This document shows positions 1 through 19,049 of a stretch of 64,000 bases of DNA, piece by piece. Location of the stretch: assembly GCF_009914755.1 (NCBI RefSeq), contig NC_060931.1; one strand, written 5' to 3'. The stretch's first letter is position 1, and each line of letters opens with the position of its first letter. The notes below the pieces were generated by a model, which worked only from the letters and a program-made list of their open reading frames with translations, made no database searches and was not told the origin of the DNA. A program made the position numbers and the translations under genes. The DNA is from the human T2T-CHM13v2.0 reference genome, Homo sapiens.

Positions 1-430
1 TTATTAAGAGTTATTTGTAGATGATAATAAAAAACTTCTATCCTTGTAAAATTCTGGTTGAAAATTTATTGAGGGCCACTATGGCATTTTCTATTGATAT
101 TTTAATAAATGTAGCAGATTCTTACTAGGTTGGGTAAGTAGGTCAAAGGCAGGAAAATGGACCAAGATAACTTTTAGGAATCCCTTTGAACATTACTATT
201 CATCAGCTCCTGTTTTTTTTTCTTGATTTCTTTAAACACTAAAAACTATTGGTTTGTTATTTATTTGCTTTTGTTTGTTTGGTCTTGGTTTCTGGCATTG
301 TCTCTATTTTAAAAAAGAAATAATTTGTTTCTCTAAAAGTCCCCATTTGGGGCTTTAAAAATGTCTCATATAACTCATTTCCACTTAAAAATGTTATTTG
401 ATTTTATATAAGGAAAAAAACCCAGACTTA

Positions 431-526
<96 letters not shown>

Positions 527-649
527 TTAAACATGTTTTAAAATTAACACAATATAATGGTGAGATAGTAAAAGACAAATAGATTAATAACATATCCACA
601 TATATGTAGAAATTCAATATATGAAAAGGTGTCATTTTATTTATTATTA

Positions 650-996
<347 letters not shown>

Positions 997-1244
997 AGGA
1001 TGTATTTTTTAATATAGAAAAAATTCAGTATTCATTTGAAAAATAATCCATCTCTATTTACACTATTCAGAAAGATAATTTCAGATGGATTTAAAAATCT
1101 AAAGTATTTGGGGAAAAACCTGTACAAAAATTAAAAGAAAATGTATAGGAATATGCTTTTTCTTTGGTGGTAGGAAGGACCTTTAAAACAATAATTCTAT
1201 TTTAAAAGTCAAAAGCCTGAAAGAAAATTTGATCATCAAATTTA

Positions 1245-1595
<351 letters not shown>

Positions 1596-1983
1596 TTATC
1601 AGACAAAACCGTAGAAGTTCAAATAAAATAAAAATTAGAAGAAATACTTGCAAATATTAATAAAGATAACACATAAAGGATTGTTTCCAGAACATAAAGA
1701 ACCAACAAGAATCTATAAGTAAAATACAAACAATAAAAATGGGCGAAGAATAAACGTAGAAAAGGAAATGTAGAATGGCCATACCTAAAGGATAAGAAAA
1801 GTACTCAACCCAACTAGTAAGCAGAGAAATGCATTCTCATAACCATGATACCCTCTATATTCATTAGATAGGCAAAAACTATACATTTTGATAATATAGA
1901 TGGCCGGGAGTGTGAGGAAATGAATACTTTTAGACACTACCATGACAATATAAATCATTTGTGCTACATGCACTAAGGTTTAA

Positions 1984-2344
<361 letters not shown>

Positions 2345-2649
2345 TGAGCATGATCTCAAGAAGCCTTGTACAAGGATGCTTTTTAAAGTACGGTTAATGT
2401 AAAAAGAGACACAGAGAGAAAAGAATACATGACGGCTAATAATCTATGATGCATCCGTATTGTAGAATACTGTGAGAAATTAAAAACAATGTACCCATTG
2501 AAAATATAGTGTCATTTCCTGTATGTGTGGAATCACTGGATACATAGTATCAGGCAATTTTGGTTTTTTTTCTCTCTATAATCTAGAAATAGCCATATGT
2601 CTGTAAATGTAGACAAACATAGATCTACATCATTCTTTTTAACTTGCTT

Positions 2650-4680
2650 TTTCCAGCCTCCGAATGGCCCTGGAGTGTGAGGGTTATTTGTACCCCACAA
2701 GAATGCTCACCTAGAGAAACACGCCATTGAGTATGTTCTCAATAATTAGGTAGATAAAACGACCAGCTGTGTGTGTGTCAGGTTTTCTCCAGTCACCCTG
2801 GTGCTTGCTCAGTGGCTTCATAACGAAGTGATCATGGCGGCAGCACAGAAATTATCACATATGGACTCAGTGACATGAACTTCCCTCACTAAGACTCACC
2901 TGGCTATTGGCAAATTTGAGTTTGCCATCAGAAGTGACCAATCATAAGCACTTGATAGGGTGACCTATCCCTGGATGTACTAGTCAGCCATCTGGTGGTA
3001 GGATAATTACATTGAACCCCTTCCATCATCAAAGAGATAACTTATCCTCATAAGATTAGACACTTCTTCAAAATAGGGATTTCCCTTCCCTTCTCACCGT
3101 GCCTCTGCAAGTAACATCATCAGTAAACTTACTAAATGTCTCATTCATTGCCATGACGTATTAAACAATATTATTTTTGACTAAGGAACTCAATGTACTG
3201 CAAAAGACATTGGGCAACAGTTGGTTGAATTCAAATGATTCACCGTATTGATAGAATGTTAGGTTTTGCCATACTTACCGAACATTAGGATGGCTTACTG
3301 AATATTCAATTATGGCTAAGTGTTGTCCTAAAGAGTGTGGGACACGCTCTGAACCAGTGACCAATAAATAGATTCCCCCTTAGCCAGAATGCATGGTCTG
3401 AAAACCAAAGAGTGGAAGTGGGAGTGGTGCGTCTTACTGTTATACTTATGGTTACACTTGAGAAAATTTGACTCCCTCCCCAGCTACCTCGAGCTTTGGT
3501 GGTTTAGAGGTCAAGGGAGAAATGCTTCCATCAGGGGGTACAACAATGGTTCCAATTGCATTGGAAGCTGAATTGATAATGATGTGGTAATTTTGGGCAG
3601 GATGACTGATCCTGAATATCAAGGGCCAGAGGATATTACACAATGATGGGGGAAAGGAGTATTTCTGGAACCTGGGGAACCTTTTGAACACCTAGTATTG
3701 TCTTCAGTAGCATGGAGTTAATGAAACACTATAGCAGCCTTACACACAGGCAGAACCACTAAGAGCTAAGATCTCTTAGAACATACTTTTGGGTTGTTCT
3801 ATCAAGTAACATACTCCTACCAGCTCAGGTATTTGCTGAGGGCAAGGGAACTTGGAATAGGTAGTGAAGGAAGGAAATTATTATTATTTATAAAAGCATT
3901 TTTAATTTCAATAGTTTTTGGGGAACAGGTGGTGAATAAATGAATAAATTCTTTACTGGTGATTTCTGAGATTTTGGTGTAACCATCACCCAAGCAGTGT
4001 ACACTGTACCCAATGTGTAGTCTTTTATCCCTCACCCCTTTCCCAACCTTCCCCCTGAGTCCCCAGAGTCCATTGTATCATTCTTATGCTTTTGTATCCT
4101 CATAGCTTAGCTCCAACTTCTAGGTGAGAACATACAATGTCTGATTTTCCATTCCTGAGTTACTTCACTTAGAATAATGGTCTCCAACTCCCTCCAGGTT
4201 GCTGTGAATGCCATTATTTCATTTCTTTTTATGGTGAGTAGTATTCCATGGTATATCTATGCCACATTTTCTCCATCTACTCGGTTAATGGGCACTTGGG
4301 CTGGTTCCGTATTTTTGCAATTGCGAATTGTGCTGCTATAAACATGTGTGTACAAGTGTCTTTTTCATATAATGACTTCTTTTCTGGAGGAAGGAAATTA
4401 TAACACCAATGATAGCCTCATGACCAGGTGTGGGAATGAGGACTACAGTCGCTTCTCCTATTTTCTGCCTTGATGTGTCTTATATACTTTTATGTATTTT
4501 CTTTTTTCCTCTTCATTTTCCTTATTATTTCATATAGGATGCATTGGTGATGGTTAACTTTATTAGAGAGCATAGGTATAGAATATTGGGACAAGATTAC
4601 AACTGAACTAGACAGGAGTGGGCACTTGGAATTGGATATAGCAAAGTTGGAAACCACTTTCCTTTGGCCTCTGCTTTTGG
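2650..4680 (+). mobile_element. Ancient ERVL-class internal (integrase-region) remnant, interrupted by an L1 3' fragment
   Basis: Degraded ERVL pol-like text (cagccatctggtggtaggataattacattgaaccccttccatcatc; gactaaggaactcaatgtactgcaaaaga), recognised from recall. Confidence 0.6.
3885..4387 (-). mobile_element. 5'-truncated L1P 3' end with TSD
   Basis: Antisense L1 3'UTR text, flanked by aggaaggaaattat at about 3868 and 4388. Confidence 0.85.
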
Positions 4681-4688
4681 GGAGGTGA

Positions 4689-4909
<221 letters not shown>

Positions 4910-5496
4910 GCATTTTCTTACATTGAAGCAACGGTCCTCCAACTTTGCTGCACGTTGGAATTATCTGAGGTTATCTTGTTAAAATGCAGATTCTGTTTCA
5001 GTAAATCTGGGGTGGAGGCTGAGATGTGGCATTCGCCATTTCCTAGGTGATGCCGATGTACCGTGTATTGAATAGAAAAGCATGCTATTGTTGCTGCTGT
5101 TGTTTAGAGTGACAGTCCACTGGCACTCAAGACTGTCATCTTTACAATACCCTCTCTACATTTTGCTAGTTTCCCACATTTGGAACACCCCGCTTCCCAG
5201 CCTTCCTAGCAGCCAGGGTGCAAATGTGCCCTAAGTTCTGCCAATCATCCATATCTATACTAGATTTTGAGTTGACTGTGAGTAGCCTGAGAACATGAGC
5301 TTCATGAGGGGCATCCAAACCACCAATAAGGTTGCAGGAGAGGTGTCCAGTTAAAGAGGCACTTCTTCCCTGATGAGGCCAGTCCTGGGAGTGAGTCTGG
5401 CCACTATTCCTGGATGCCGAACAATGAGCCTATTTCTCTAGGCATCCCACAGTTTTGTCTCATAATCTTGCTCTTTTTTCTTTCTTTCCGTCTTCT

Positions 5497-6177
<681 letters not shown>

Positions 6178-7557
6178 TAAGAGATATGCAAGTGTAACTG
6201 GCATTCTAAGTGGAACAAGTATTTTCTCTCTCCTTGTCACATTCAGTAAGAGATCATGCACAAATATCATTTTGAAGTAGATCATCCTTAAGAAACAAGT
6301 CTTTGGCTTTCTTTTTACACACTGGAATTCTGTATGAATATTTCTAATTCTTATAAAGTATTGTGCATTTTTTAATAATTAAATTTTGGGAGGGCAGTAG
6401 CTGTAAATTCCATACAGAGCTATCTCCCCAGTCTCTAGAACAATGCTTCCTATACTTAAATTACTGAGCAGATAAATGAATAAACAGATGCACAAATAAA
6501 ATGAACAGATGAAAAGAACTTGGGTGTTGGAGTCAATACATCTGGATTCAAATCCCTATTCCACAACTTTATAATTGTCTGACCCAAGGAAAGGTGCTGA
6601 ATCTCTTGGGTCTGTTTATTCATTGTAAAACAAGGATGGCAGTATCTGCTTCAGAAAGACATTACAGTTCCATGAGAGCGTGGGCTTAAACACACCTGTT
6701 GAGTGAATGAATGAATGTGAGGTCCTCACTATCTATTATTTATGTTGATGTCTGAATCTTTCTAATTGGCCTGTGACTGTCAGGCCTTTTTATTTGTCTG
6801 CTTTTTATTGCTTTTCTGAGGCTTTGATAAGGTCATCGGCGGCACATGTCCCTGTTGTTAATGTTTCTCTCTCTTGCTGTGGCTTGTCTGCCTTAATTTA
6901 TTTCTTTTACCTGCTTTAGAACAAAGAACTAGTTAACTAGAGTGTTCATAAACCAGATAATCAGGATTGTTAGATAAAGCAGGAGGAAGCAGGCTCTGTG
7001 CCAAGTGTATGATAGACTCTGCTCTGAGTAAATCCTTAGGAAATATTTAATATAACATTTGCTATTCAGATTTTTTTCTGCTTTCTGTTGAATTTTAATG
7101 TGTTTTGAATAGAGTTGCTGAGTAACTTTAAGATTTATAAACTATTATTGAAAGGTTTTATCACCTGAAAACAATGCCCAGTAGATTCTAGTGACTATCA
7201 AAAAGACTGACAAATTACAAATCAAAAGTTCCAAAAACCAAGAGCATCTGTACAGATTAGGCCAGGTCTTTGCTCAAACAAAAATATTTAAAATTTAATT
7301 GTTTTCTCTCTTTCTATCTCAGGAACATTAAATGAATCAAAATTTCTGATCACAATATTTTAACATCACTAAGGACAGCAAAAACCATTCATTTATTATT
7401 ATTTCACAATTAGAAATTAATTTTTCATTCTGTGTCTTTTCATAAATAGTAAGAGAAATAAGTTTGAAGACAGATTTAAGCAAACAAAGGACTCACAATG
7501 GAAGTAAAGAAAAATGGATAATAAAGACCTTTCTGTGAATGGCAGAAAGTTTATTTA

Positions 7558-7764
<207 letters not shown>

Positions 7765-7930
7765 TCAGCAACATAACAGATGCATAAAATTGCATAACAG
7801 ATTGCATAAAATTCCTACCACTTCATAAGTATTTTCAGATTAAATCTTCAGAACACAGAATTCTCAGTGTCAGGTAGATTATGATACTGGTTATTTAGGC
7901 ATCATGGGACTGCTGAAAGAATGAGGTTAA

Positions 7931-8297
<367 letters not shown>

Positions 8298-8309
8298 ATG
8301 TGTTTATTT

Positions 8310-10085
<1,776 letters not shown>

Positions 10086-10189
10086 AAGATTATCTTTGGA
10101 TTTTCAGAAATGGAGAGTATTGTAAAGGAATATTCCTAATCTTGTAAAGGAGCTACTTACCCATAAGTTTTATCTAGGGCTACTATAAC

Positions 10190-10372
10190 AATGGTTCTCA
10201 AAGAGTGGTCCCTAGACTAGTTGCATAAGCATCTCCTTAGAGCTTCTTAGAAATGCAAATGCTCAGGATCCATCTCAAAACCTAAGAATCAGAATCTCTG
10301 GGGATGGGGTGCAGTAATGTTTTAAGAAGCCCTCCAGGTGATTCTTGTGCATGCTAAAGTTTTAGAAGCACT
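10190..10372. mobile_element. MER5A (hAT-Charlie MITE); similar copies at about 4930-5050 and 14320-14490
   Basis: caatggttctcaaag...agaaatgcaaat...aagccctccaggtgattct...gcact. Confidence 0.75.
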
Positions 10373-12229
10373 ATTCTATTCAATAGTTACCTTGTAAGTT
10401 AATCATGTCTCCAAGTCCCACCCCTTACAACAGTACTATGCAGTGGACTGGCGGTTTCCTAAATTGGTTGGTAGGGCTTATCTAATCTTGAAACTGGTAG
10501 CTCAGATGATTTACTCTGCTTTTTCTTAACAAAGGAGTGAAGGGCAGGGATTCTACTGGCTCACTGTTGTAACCTTTACCCCAGTGCCTGGCACACAGGA
10601 AGCACTCAAATAATACTATTGAATAAATGAGTAAGGCCAAAGAGATGGATTTGTTTCCTATACTGCTTTCTGTGATAGAGGAATCAAATCTTCTGGTTAG
10701 GAACACAGCCTTACAAAAACACCTGCAAATGCATCTGGCAAAAGTTCTGCTTCCTAATTAGGAAGGATTTAATGACTTTCAGTTTCCAGTAATGGCGGCC
10801 TAGGTTATTTGGACCAAACTTCCCACTGAAAACAACTAAAAATACTGGGAGGAGAAAAAAAAATCTTAAAAACAACTAGCTTTTTGACAAGACAGAAAGG
10901 GATAAGTGCTACATAGAGGGTAAATAGGAACCCAGTGAAGTAAGCAAGCAGGGAAGCCACTTCTGCCCTTAGGGCAGGGCCGATCCTGGCAAATTTACAT
11001 TTTTGTTTTAAGGTGAGGGATATGGAAATCAGCCAAGTGAGGAAACTAAAGGAGACCATCTACACAAGAAGCTGGGACCTTAAAATGCTTACCCTCTCAT
11101 GTTCAAGGTGAGTCAGAAGTTAACCAGTTCCCCTGTGGCCCCAGTTTGCATCTACCCTAAACTTAAGCTTGGATTTAAGTGGTCCTGGATTGGTATTATG
11201 GTATATACCTATAAGGCACTTTGCAGGACAAACAGGAATCCTTTCAGTAGGAAGGATTCTTGCGGGAAATCACAAGATGTGTTCTAAAGGATGAGTAGGA
11301 GTTATCTAGAGGAAACAGAAGAAATACTGTGGCATGCAAGGGAATAGCAGGTAAAAAGGCCTAGAGTTTAATAGACTGGAAAATTCCTGACAGTGTTGAC
11401 TTCAGTGTAGAATCTCTCTTAGGGAAGAATTACTTTTGTTTGGTAAAATATTCTGTTAAGCCCCTTGCAGACACAGAGACTCTGAAAGTATGGGTGGTGG
11501 TAGGAGCTCAAGCAAGCTCAGACTGATTAAACTGCTCTGCAGTGGGAGAAACTTGTTTGTTTGCTCTTGAAAGAGGGAGAGGAGAGGAAAGGGGAGTAAG
11601 GGAAGAGGGAGATGAGAGGAGCCAGCAGGATGGTGAGGCTACTGGGGACTGCACTGGTTGAAAACCCAGGGAGAAACCCTTGGCGACAGCTGGTTAAAGA
11701 CCTTTTAAGAATGTGGAAGTTATGGCTAACAAGGTGTTTTGGTTACATGTAGCATGGCATGGTGTGACTCTCCTTCCTGATCCCCAACAGTTCAGTGAAG
11801 TTTACCAGGCTCACAAATGCTCTGCATGGACAAGGTCCTTAGAGAAAAATGAGGGATGACTGAGTTTCACATCTGGGTCAGTGTGTTGTTTTAAGTGGAA
11901 CCAGGAACCCAAAGTCAGAAGTGACCATGAGACTTTCAAATGCTATCCCTATCCTTGTCCTGGGAACTTGGATAAATTTGGAGGAATTCCACAAGGCATG
12001 GAGTAAAGATCTGAGATCTCAGTAGAACTTACCCAGATCTTAGGGGCTGAGAAAATAGAGTTGAATTTTGAACTATATTAGAAGAGTTGATATAGAATTC
12101 TAGAACTTGGGGCATGTAGACAAGGGCCATGGTGAGAGGTGGAGCATGAGAGGAAAACAAGGACAGTATCCTGTGGGGCCTTCTAAATCCTCTGGACTAT
12201 ACCCTGAGAACAGTAGGATCCAGTCAGAA

Positions 12230-12425
12230 ACATGGAGGAGAGGAAGGGGGTGGTGGGGTGAAGGGTTGGGGGAGGAGGGCGAGAGAAGGAAGGGGGAAGA
12301 AAGTGGGAGAAAAAGGGAGGGAGAGAGAGGGGGAGAGAATGGGAAAGAGAAGGGGAGATAGGTAGGTAGATAGGGAGAGAGAAGGGGAGAGACAGGAAGA
12401 GAGAGAGAGGGAAAGAGAAAGAGGT
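12230..12425 (+). repeat. Polypurine GA-rich low-complexity tract
   Basis: Nearly all G/A. A separate CT-rich tract lies at 13448-13564. Confidence 0.85.
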
Positions 12426-12577
12426 ATGGACTGTGGAGCTACTTTTTTCTCTTTACCAGTACAGTGCTTGGCTTAACATAACCCCTCCTCCCCCACCTGT
12501 AATAATTGTTGAATAGAATGAAGAAGCAACACTCAGGACTATAAGTGGAATGTATTATCTTGTGAAGTCACTAGATT

Positions 12578-12805
12578 GAGAGTTGGCAAAGCATGGCCCA
12601 TGGGCCAAATCCAACTCCCTGCCCGTTTTTGTAAACAAAAGTCTATTGGAATACAGCCATGACCATTCATTTATGGACTATATACATACGGTCTATGGCT
12701 GCTTTTGCCCCACAATGGCAGAGTTGAATAGTTGGACAGAGACCGTAAAGCCTACAATATTTACCATCTGGCTCTTTACAGAAAAAAAGTTTGCTAACCC
12801 CGCAC
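12578..12805. mobile_element. MER58A-like DNA transposon; another MER58-like copy at about 25685-25850
   Basis: gagttggcaaa...ggcccatgggccaaatcc...ttacagaaaaaaagtttgctaacccc. Confidence 0.75.
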
Positions 12806-13294
12806 TGGCTAGGCAAGGAGAGTCCTGGGCCCACTGATTTGGGGTGCTGCAGAAGGGATGCTGGCATTCAGCTCTCAGACCTCTACGTCCTCCCTAGCTG
12901 TCTGACAACGATCAACAGACACGATTTGGGGGACATGACAAGTGAAAAATATTTAAATGCATTTGATTAATGACAACCTAAGCTTTAATATCTAAGTTTG
13001 TAAAAGTTACATTCAAAACCTAAATGAGTCAATTTCTCAACATCTGACCCCCGTATATTACATCGTCCCCAGAAGATGAGCCGGTAGAAAATGCTAATCA
13101 ATCATTTGGGCTGGCATCCACCTAAAGCTGGAAAGTTGCAGGAAATCATTTAAAATAAAAGACAATGCATAAATAAGTCATATTTCCCTCTTACTTTAAG
13201 GTATCATGTCTCCCTCCCCTTAGCCTTAATACTCACAGAATTGTAGAGAAGGAACCAAATTAAAATAAAAATTGACATTTTAGGATGTAATAAT

Positions 13295-13959
13295 TTAGGA
13301 TTTCATGATAGGATTTCATTATAGGCTCCCATTTGTTTCTGGATTCACTTCATTGCTTTCTGATTCTTAAACATTTTTAAAAAATGATAGTTATCTGCCA
13401 ACTCCAAATGAGGGCTATGTTTTAATAATTTTAATGAAATTTTAAACCTTTCTCTTTCCCCCTCTCTCTCCGTCTCCCTTTCTCTCTCTCCCTCTTTTCC
13501 TCCCCCTCTCTCTCACTGTCTCTCTCACTCTCTCTCCATGTCTCTCTCCCTCTCTCTCCCTTTCTGCTAGCCCAGTAGTTCTCAATGTAAATAAAATACA
13601 TCTCTATAACAAAGAGAATAATTATCAAATTATTGGTGCTACCATCTCTAGCGATAGAAAATTGTTTACTTGTTTTTGAAAAGGACACATTCCCTATAGA
13701 TGAGCCAGTATTTCATTTTAAAGTCACTGTACAAGATTTTATGCATCAAACCCCAAATTCAGTAATTTAGCCAGTAACTACTAGGAGGCGTGACTAGAGA
13801 AAAGCTCGAGATAAACATGACCCGCATTTTTAGTTGGCAGATAACTATTATTTAAAAAAATGTTTTAAGAGTCGGACAACAGCAAAGTGAATCCAGAAAC
13901 AAAATGGGAACTGATAATGAAATTCTATAATGAAATCCTATTATATAATGAAATCCTAA
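13295..13959. repeat. Diverged inverted repeat, arms about 13295-13421 and 13813-13959
   Basis: Pairs: atagttatctgccaact (13387) with agttggcagataactat (13832); tttgtttctggattcactt with aagtgaatccagaaacaaa; ataggatttcattatag (13308) with ctataatgaaatcctat (13925). Confidence 0.85.
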
Positions 13960-14514
13960 GCAATTCTCAAGGCACTTCCTTAATGGATATGTTTGTTTGC
14001 CCTGTGAGCTGAGAGAACTTGCTAGAAGTTAAGGAGAAGTCAGCTGAATGAAAAAGAGGATAGGAATCTTGATGATTTTGAGTAGCTGTTCCTGCCAGTT
14101 AAATTTTCAACAGAAGAAATGAGAAAAAATTACCACCTGTTTATATACTTAATATTTTTAATGGAGATCAAGCAAGTTTATATAAAATAGTGGCTAGCAT
14201 AATTGTCCCAAAAAATCCACTTGAGTAAAGTAATTAAAGTGTAGCAACTAACTTGCTCTTGGTCATCAGGTAAGCCAGATCCATAGTCCTGGTTTTCTTA
14301 TATTTTCAGTGCTGCTAGCCCAGTAGTTCTCAATGTAAGCTGAAAAACTAAAAAATGCAGATTCCCTTGCACCCCCTCAGACCTGGGGAGTCAGAATGTC
14401 CATATATAGAGGCAGCCTGGGAATCTGTTTTTCTAGAAAGCTCCTCAGGTGATTTTGAAGTACCCTGTCTGTAGACCAGTCCTGGGTAACAGGGGAGCTA
14501 GGCCGTGTCACCTA

Positions 14515-14705
14515 TTTTTGTATTGTTTTATTTTGTTTTGATTTTTGAGAAAGAGTCTCGCTCTGTTGCCCAGTCTGGAGTGCTGTGGTGTGATCTTGGC
14601 ATACTACAACCTCTGCCTCTAGGCTCAAGTGATCCTCCCACCTCAGCCTCCCAAGTAGCTGGGACCTACAGGTGTGAGCCACCACACCTGGCTAATTTTT
14701 GTATT
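14515..14705 (-). mobile_element. Alu (J-like) right-arm fragment
   Basis: Antisense right monomer ending at the linker. Confidence 0.8.
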
Positions 14706-16508
14706 CACCTCACCTATTGTGAAAAGAAAAAAAAAGTAGGCTGATGTGAGGAAATCGTTTTGCGTCACTGTTAAAACTGCCAAGTGAGTGCCATGATGGC
14801 TGCATCTAGGTTGTAGGTATGGCCTACATGATCTAAGTTGTACCTGGATACATCATGATATTGAAAAAGGGTGTCCCTTTAAGTACATCTGTGTTTAGAA
14901 AATTAAGCTGCTGAGTGCAAACGTATGCTAGGGCTCACGTTCACCCTTACCATTATGAAGGTAATCCTGAAAAACCAGGGGCTTTCTGTTTTGTATTGTT
15001 TTATTTTGCTGTTGAGATACCTTGTGATTCAAATTGGGAGCCACGGACCCTGCACTTGGTCTGAAGAAGTGAGGCTCAGCAATGATAGAACAGAGTTACC
15101 ACCAGTATCCTGTTATCACCGTCCAGAGCCGTTCCATCACTAACACTGAGAGGAAAGACACTCTTTTGTAAGCTGTCTGGCTGCTTTTTAAGAGGGGGTT
15201 AAGAGGAGGGGTTCTGAGAACACATGATCATCCTGGTTTTCTTAATCTGGTGATTGTGAAAGGAAAGAATTCACGTGAAATAAAAGGGAAAGCAAGTTGT
15301 AGTTATTAGGAGCCAGGAGCATGGTTATACCTAGATAGAGCTTCAAATAATACCTTTTTGTAGTTTATAGTTGGCCATATATCGTGTTGAATTTTATAGT
15401 CAGTTAACAAAAAACGTGCTTCTCTTAAATTTCATGCCAGTTAAGGGTTTTGGAGCTGATCACTAACCAACTATAGGACCGTTTAGGTAGAGGGGATCAA
15501 CATTTCAGTGAAAAGCCTTTGACAGTGCTTTTTGATGGTGCATTCAGATATGGCAGCCCTAAATTCTTGGATTCCTTTAGGCCAAATATAAAACCTCACA
15601 TTGCTGTTTTTGAGCCAGGGACAACTGCCCATTCCCAGATCACACACAATCCACTAAGGGTTTTATTTGACTCAAGGGAAGCTCTGCCTAATGTGATAAC
15701 CCTTGGAGTTGAACAGGAATTTAGGGCTGAAAACCACTCTTGTGAATCAGGTCAATGGTAGAGGAGTAGGGGCAGCAAGGACTGACCCAGAAGTGACAAG
15801 AGCTCCTTTTCCTCCAATACAAGAATATTTCTTTTCATTAAGTGAAAATAGCAATTGATTTAAAAAATGTTGAATATGATCTTTACATTTAAAAAAATTG
15901 GAGAGGACACATATTAAGATGTTAACACAGTGGTTATTATCTCTGGATAAAGGAAATATAGAGGGCTTCTTTCCTGTGCTTCATTTTCATAATTTTTCTG
16001 TTGGAAAAATAAAGAATTTGTTTTCCTTACAAATTTCTATGATTTCTACATTATGAGGAATGTGTGTTAGTTTTATAATTACGGAAAAATCATTCTTTTT
16101 CTTTATTAGTATAAACAGCATGTTTGTAAACTGGAGAAGATCTGTGGAAGTCTGATCGAGATGGTGAAAGGCTAAGCGCAAGAAGAAAAAGGAGCTGAAT
16201 CTGTGAGAATCAGTGTTTAGTCTGGCAAACAGAATTCTCACATGGGACAAGAGAATCTTCAGATCTTGAAGGGCTGCTAGCATGGGATGATGAATGACTA
16301 TTCTGCATAGCTTCAGAGGGAAGAACCAGAATCAGCAGGCAGAAATTACAAGGGAAAAATTGTTCACATTAGAAAGAAAATGATCTAACAATCAGGAGCA
16401 TTCAAAAATGGAATGGACTGCCTGGTGTGGAAGTGCTATCCTTTTTGGAAGAGTTTAAACTGAGGCTGGGTGACTTCCCGTCTGGTTTCCTAGAGAATTC
16501 TTAAATGA

Positions 16509-16813
<305 letters not shown>

Positions 16814-17069
16814 TCACTGTCCAGGTGTTTTGAGGTGTTTTTTCCTTTTCCTTTTCTCAAAATGATTCAAGTAAATACAATACAGGAAATGCTGACACTA
16901 AGATCTTGGCAAATTACTTGTGTGTATCTGTTATTTCATATGTAAAATGCAGATAACAGTAGTACTTATAGGGTTGTCATGAGGATTAAAAGAATTACTA
17001 CATACAAAGCATTTGGTAGAGTGCTGACACACAGTAATCACTAGATAGGTGCAATTATTTTCATTGTAA

Positions 17070-17685
17070 TTTTTTTTTTAAAACTTTTTTTCTAGGTTCA
17101 GGGGGACATATGCAGGTTCATTATACAGGTAAATTGCATGTTGCAGTGGTTCAGTGTACAAATTATTTTGTCACCCAGGTGATAAGCATAGTACCCAAGA
17201 GGTAGTTTTCTGATCCTCACCTTCCTCCCTCTCTCCACCCTCAAGTAGGCCTTGGTGTCTGTGGTTCCCTTCTTTGTCTCCATGTGTACTCAATGTTTAG
17301 CTCCCACTTATAAGTCAGAATAGGTGATATTTGGTTTTCTGTTCCCGTGTTAGTTTGCTTTAGAATAATGGCCTCCAGCTCCATCCACGTTGCTGCAAAG
17401 GACATGATCTCGTTTTTTTATGGCTGCATAGTATTCCATGGTGTATATGTACCATGTTTTCTTTATCCAGTCAACCACTGATGGTCATTTATGCTGATTC
17501 CATGTCTTTGCTATTGTGAATAGTGCTGTGATGAACATACTTGTGCATGTGTCTTTATGGTAGAACAACTTATATTCCTTTGATAGAACAACTTATAAGA
17601 ACAACTTAGAATCCAATAATGGGATTGCTGGGTCAAATGGTAATTCTGTTTTGAGTTCTTTGAGAAATCACCAAACTGCTTTTCA
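17070..17685 (-). mobile_element. L1PA (older subfamily) 3' fragment
   Basis: Antisense L1PA 3'UTR text (ttagctcccacttataagt; gctgcaaaggacatgatctc). Confidence 0.85.
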
Positions 17686-18027
17686 TAAATTAAATCATAA
17701 TGTATAATTAATGTGTTACAGGGAATTTGGTGAAGCAAAAATTTACACAAGTATAAGCAGCAAATTCTGGGAGTATTTTTGGGCAGATGGTAGAAGGGCA
17801 TGTTAGGGAACCAATACAGTACTATTTATAAAAGTCTTTGCTTACAACATATTAATTTCCCAATGAAGGAACGGACCATTCTAAGATTTTAGAATGTAGT
17901 GGATGAATTTGATGTGTGGCTTTTATAGTAGACAGCCACTTACTTCTCGAGTTCCTTACAGACACTTGAAGGTTCAGATAATTGCCACGTTTTGCCTTCC
18001 CTATTATATGATAAGCAGAAGAGCCCC

Positions 18028-18399
<372 letters not shown>

Positions 18400-18443
18400 T
18401 TAAAACTGCTTTTTCTTGTTTGCTTTTTCTAGTTTTTGTTTTA

Positions 18444-18587
<144 letters not shown>

Positions 18588-19049
18588 CTAAAAAGGCACA
18601 ACCTGGAAAAGAAAAGGAGGGCACATTTGGCTTGTCGAGTCAAGGCAGGCAGAAAACACATTTTACACTGCTAAATTGTTCAACCTGACGCTGCACAGAC
18701 GTCACAGGCTTCCCTCTGCACTGAAAGCCGTCAAATCAGTAATAAATAGAGACCTAAATAAGTTCTATGGAAATAAATTTCAACTGAAACAAATCCACAA
18801 AGTGGACGGTGCCTCCAAGTAGTCACCAGAATGATCATCCAGTAGGTTCGTACCAGTCCGCTACTTTGTGGCCATCAACTGACATTCAATTCCTGCCTTA
18901 AATTTAACTATAACTATTCAAGAAAACTCACTTGACTTTTAGCCTGTGGTCTTTCCGAAAATTAGAGACTCTTCATTCAACAAAATAAGCGCTGTCCTAA
19001 AGCCTTCGGGGATTCTGGACAAGAATCCCTTTGCAGATGGTGGAGTCAG

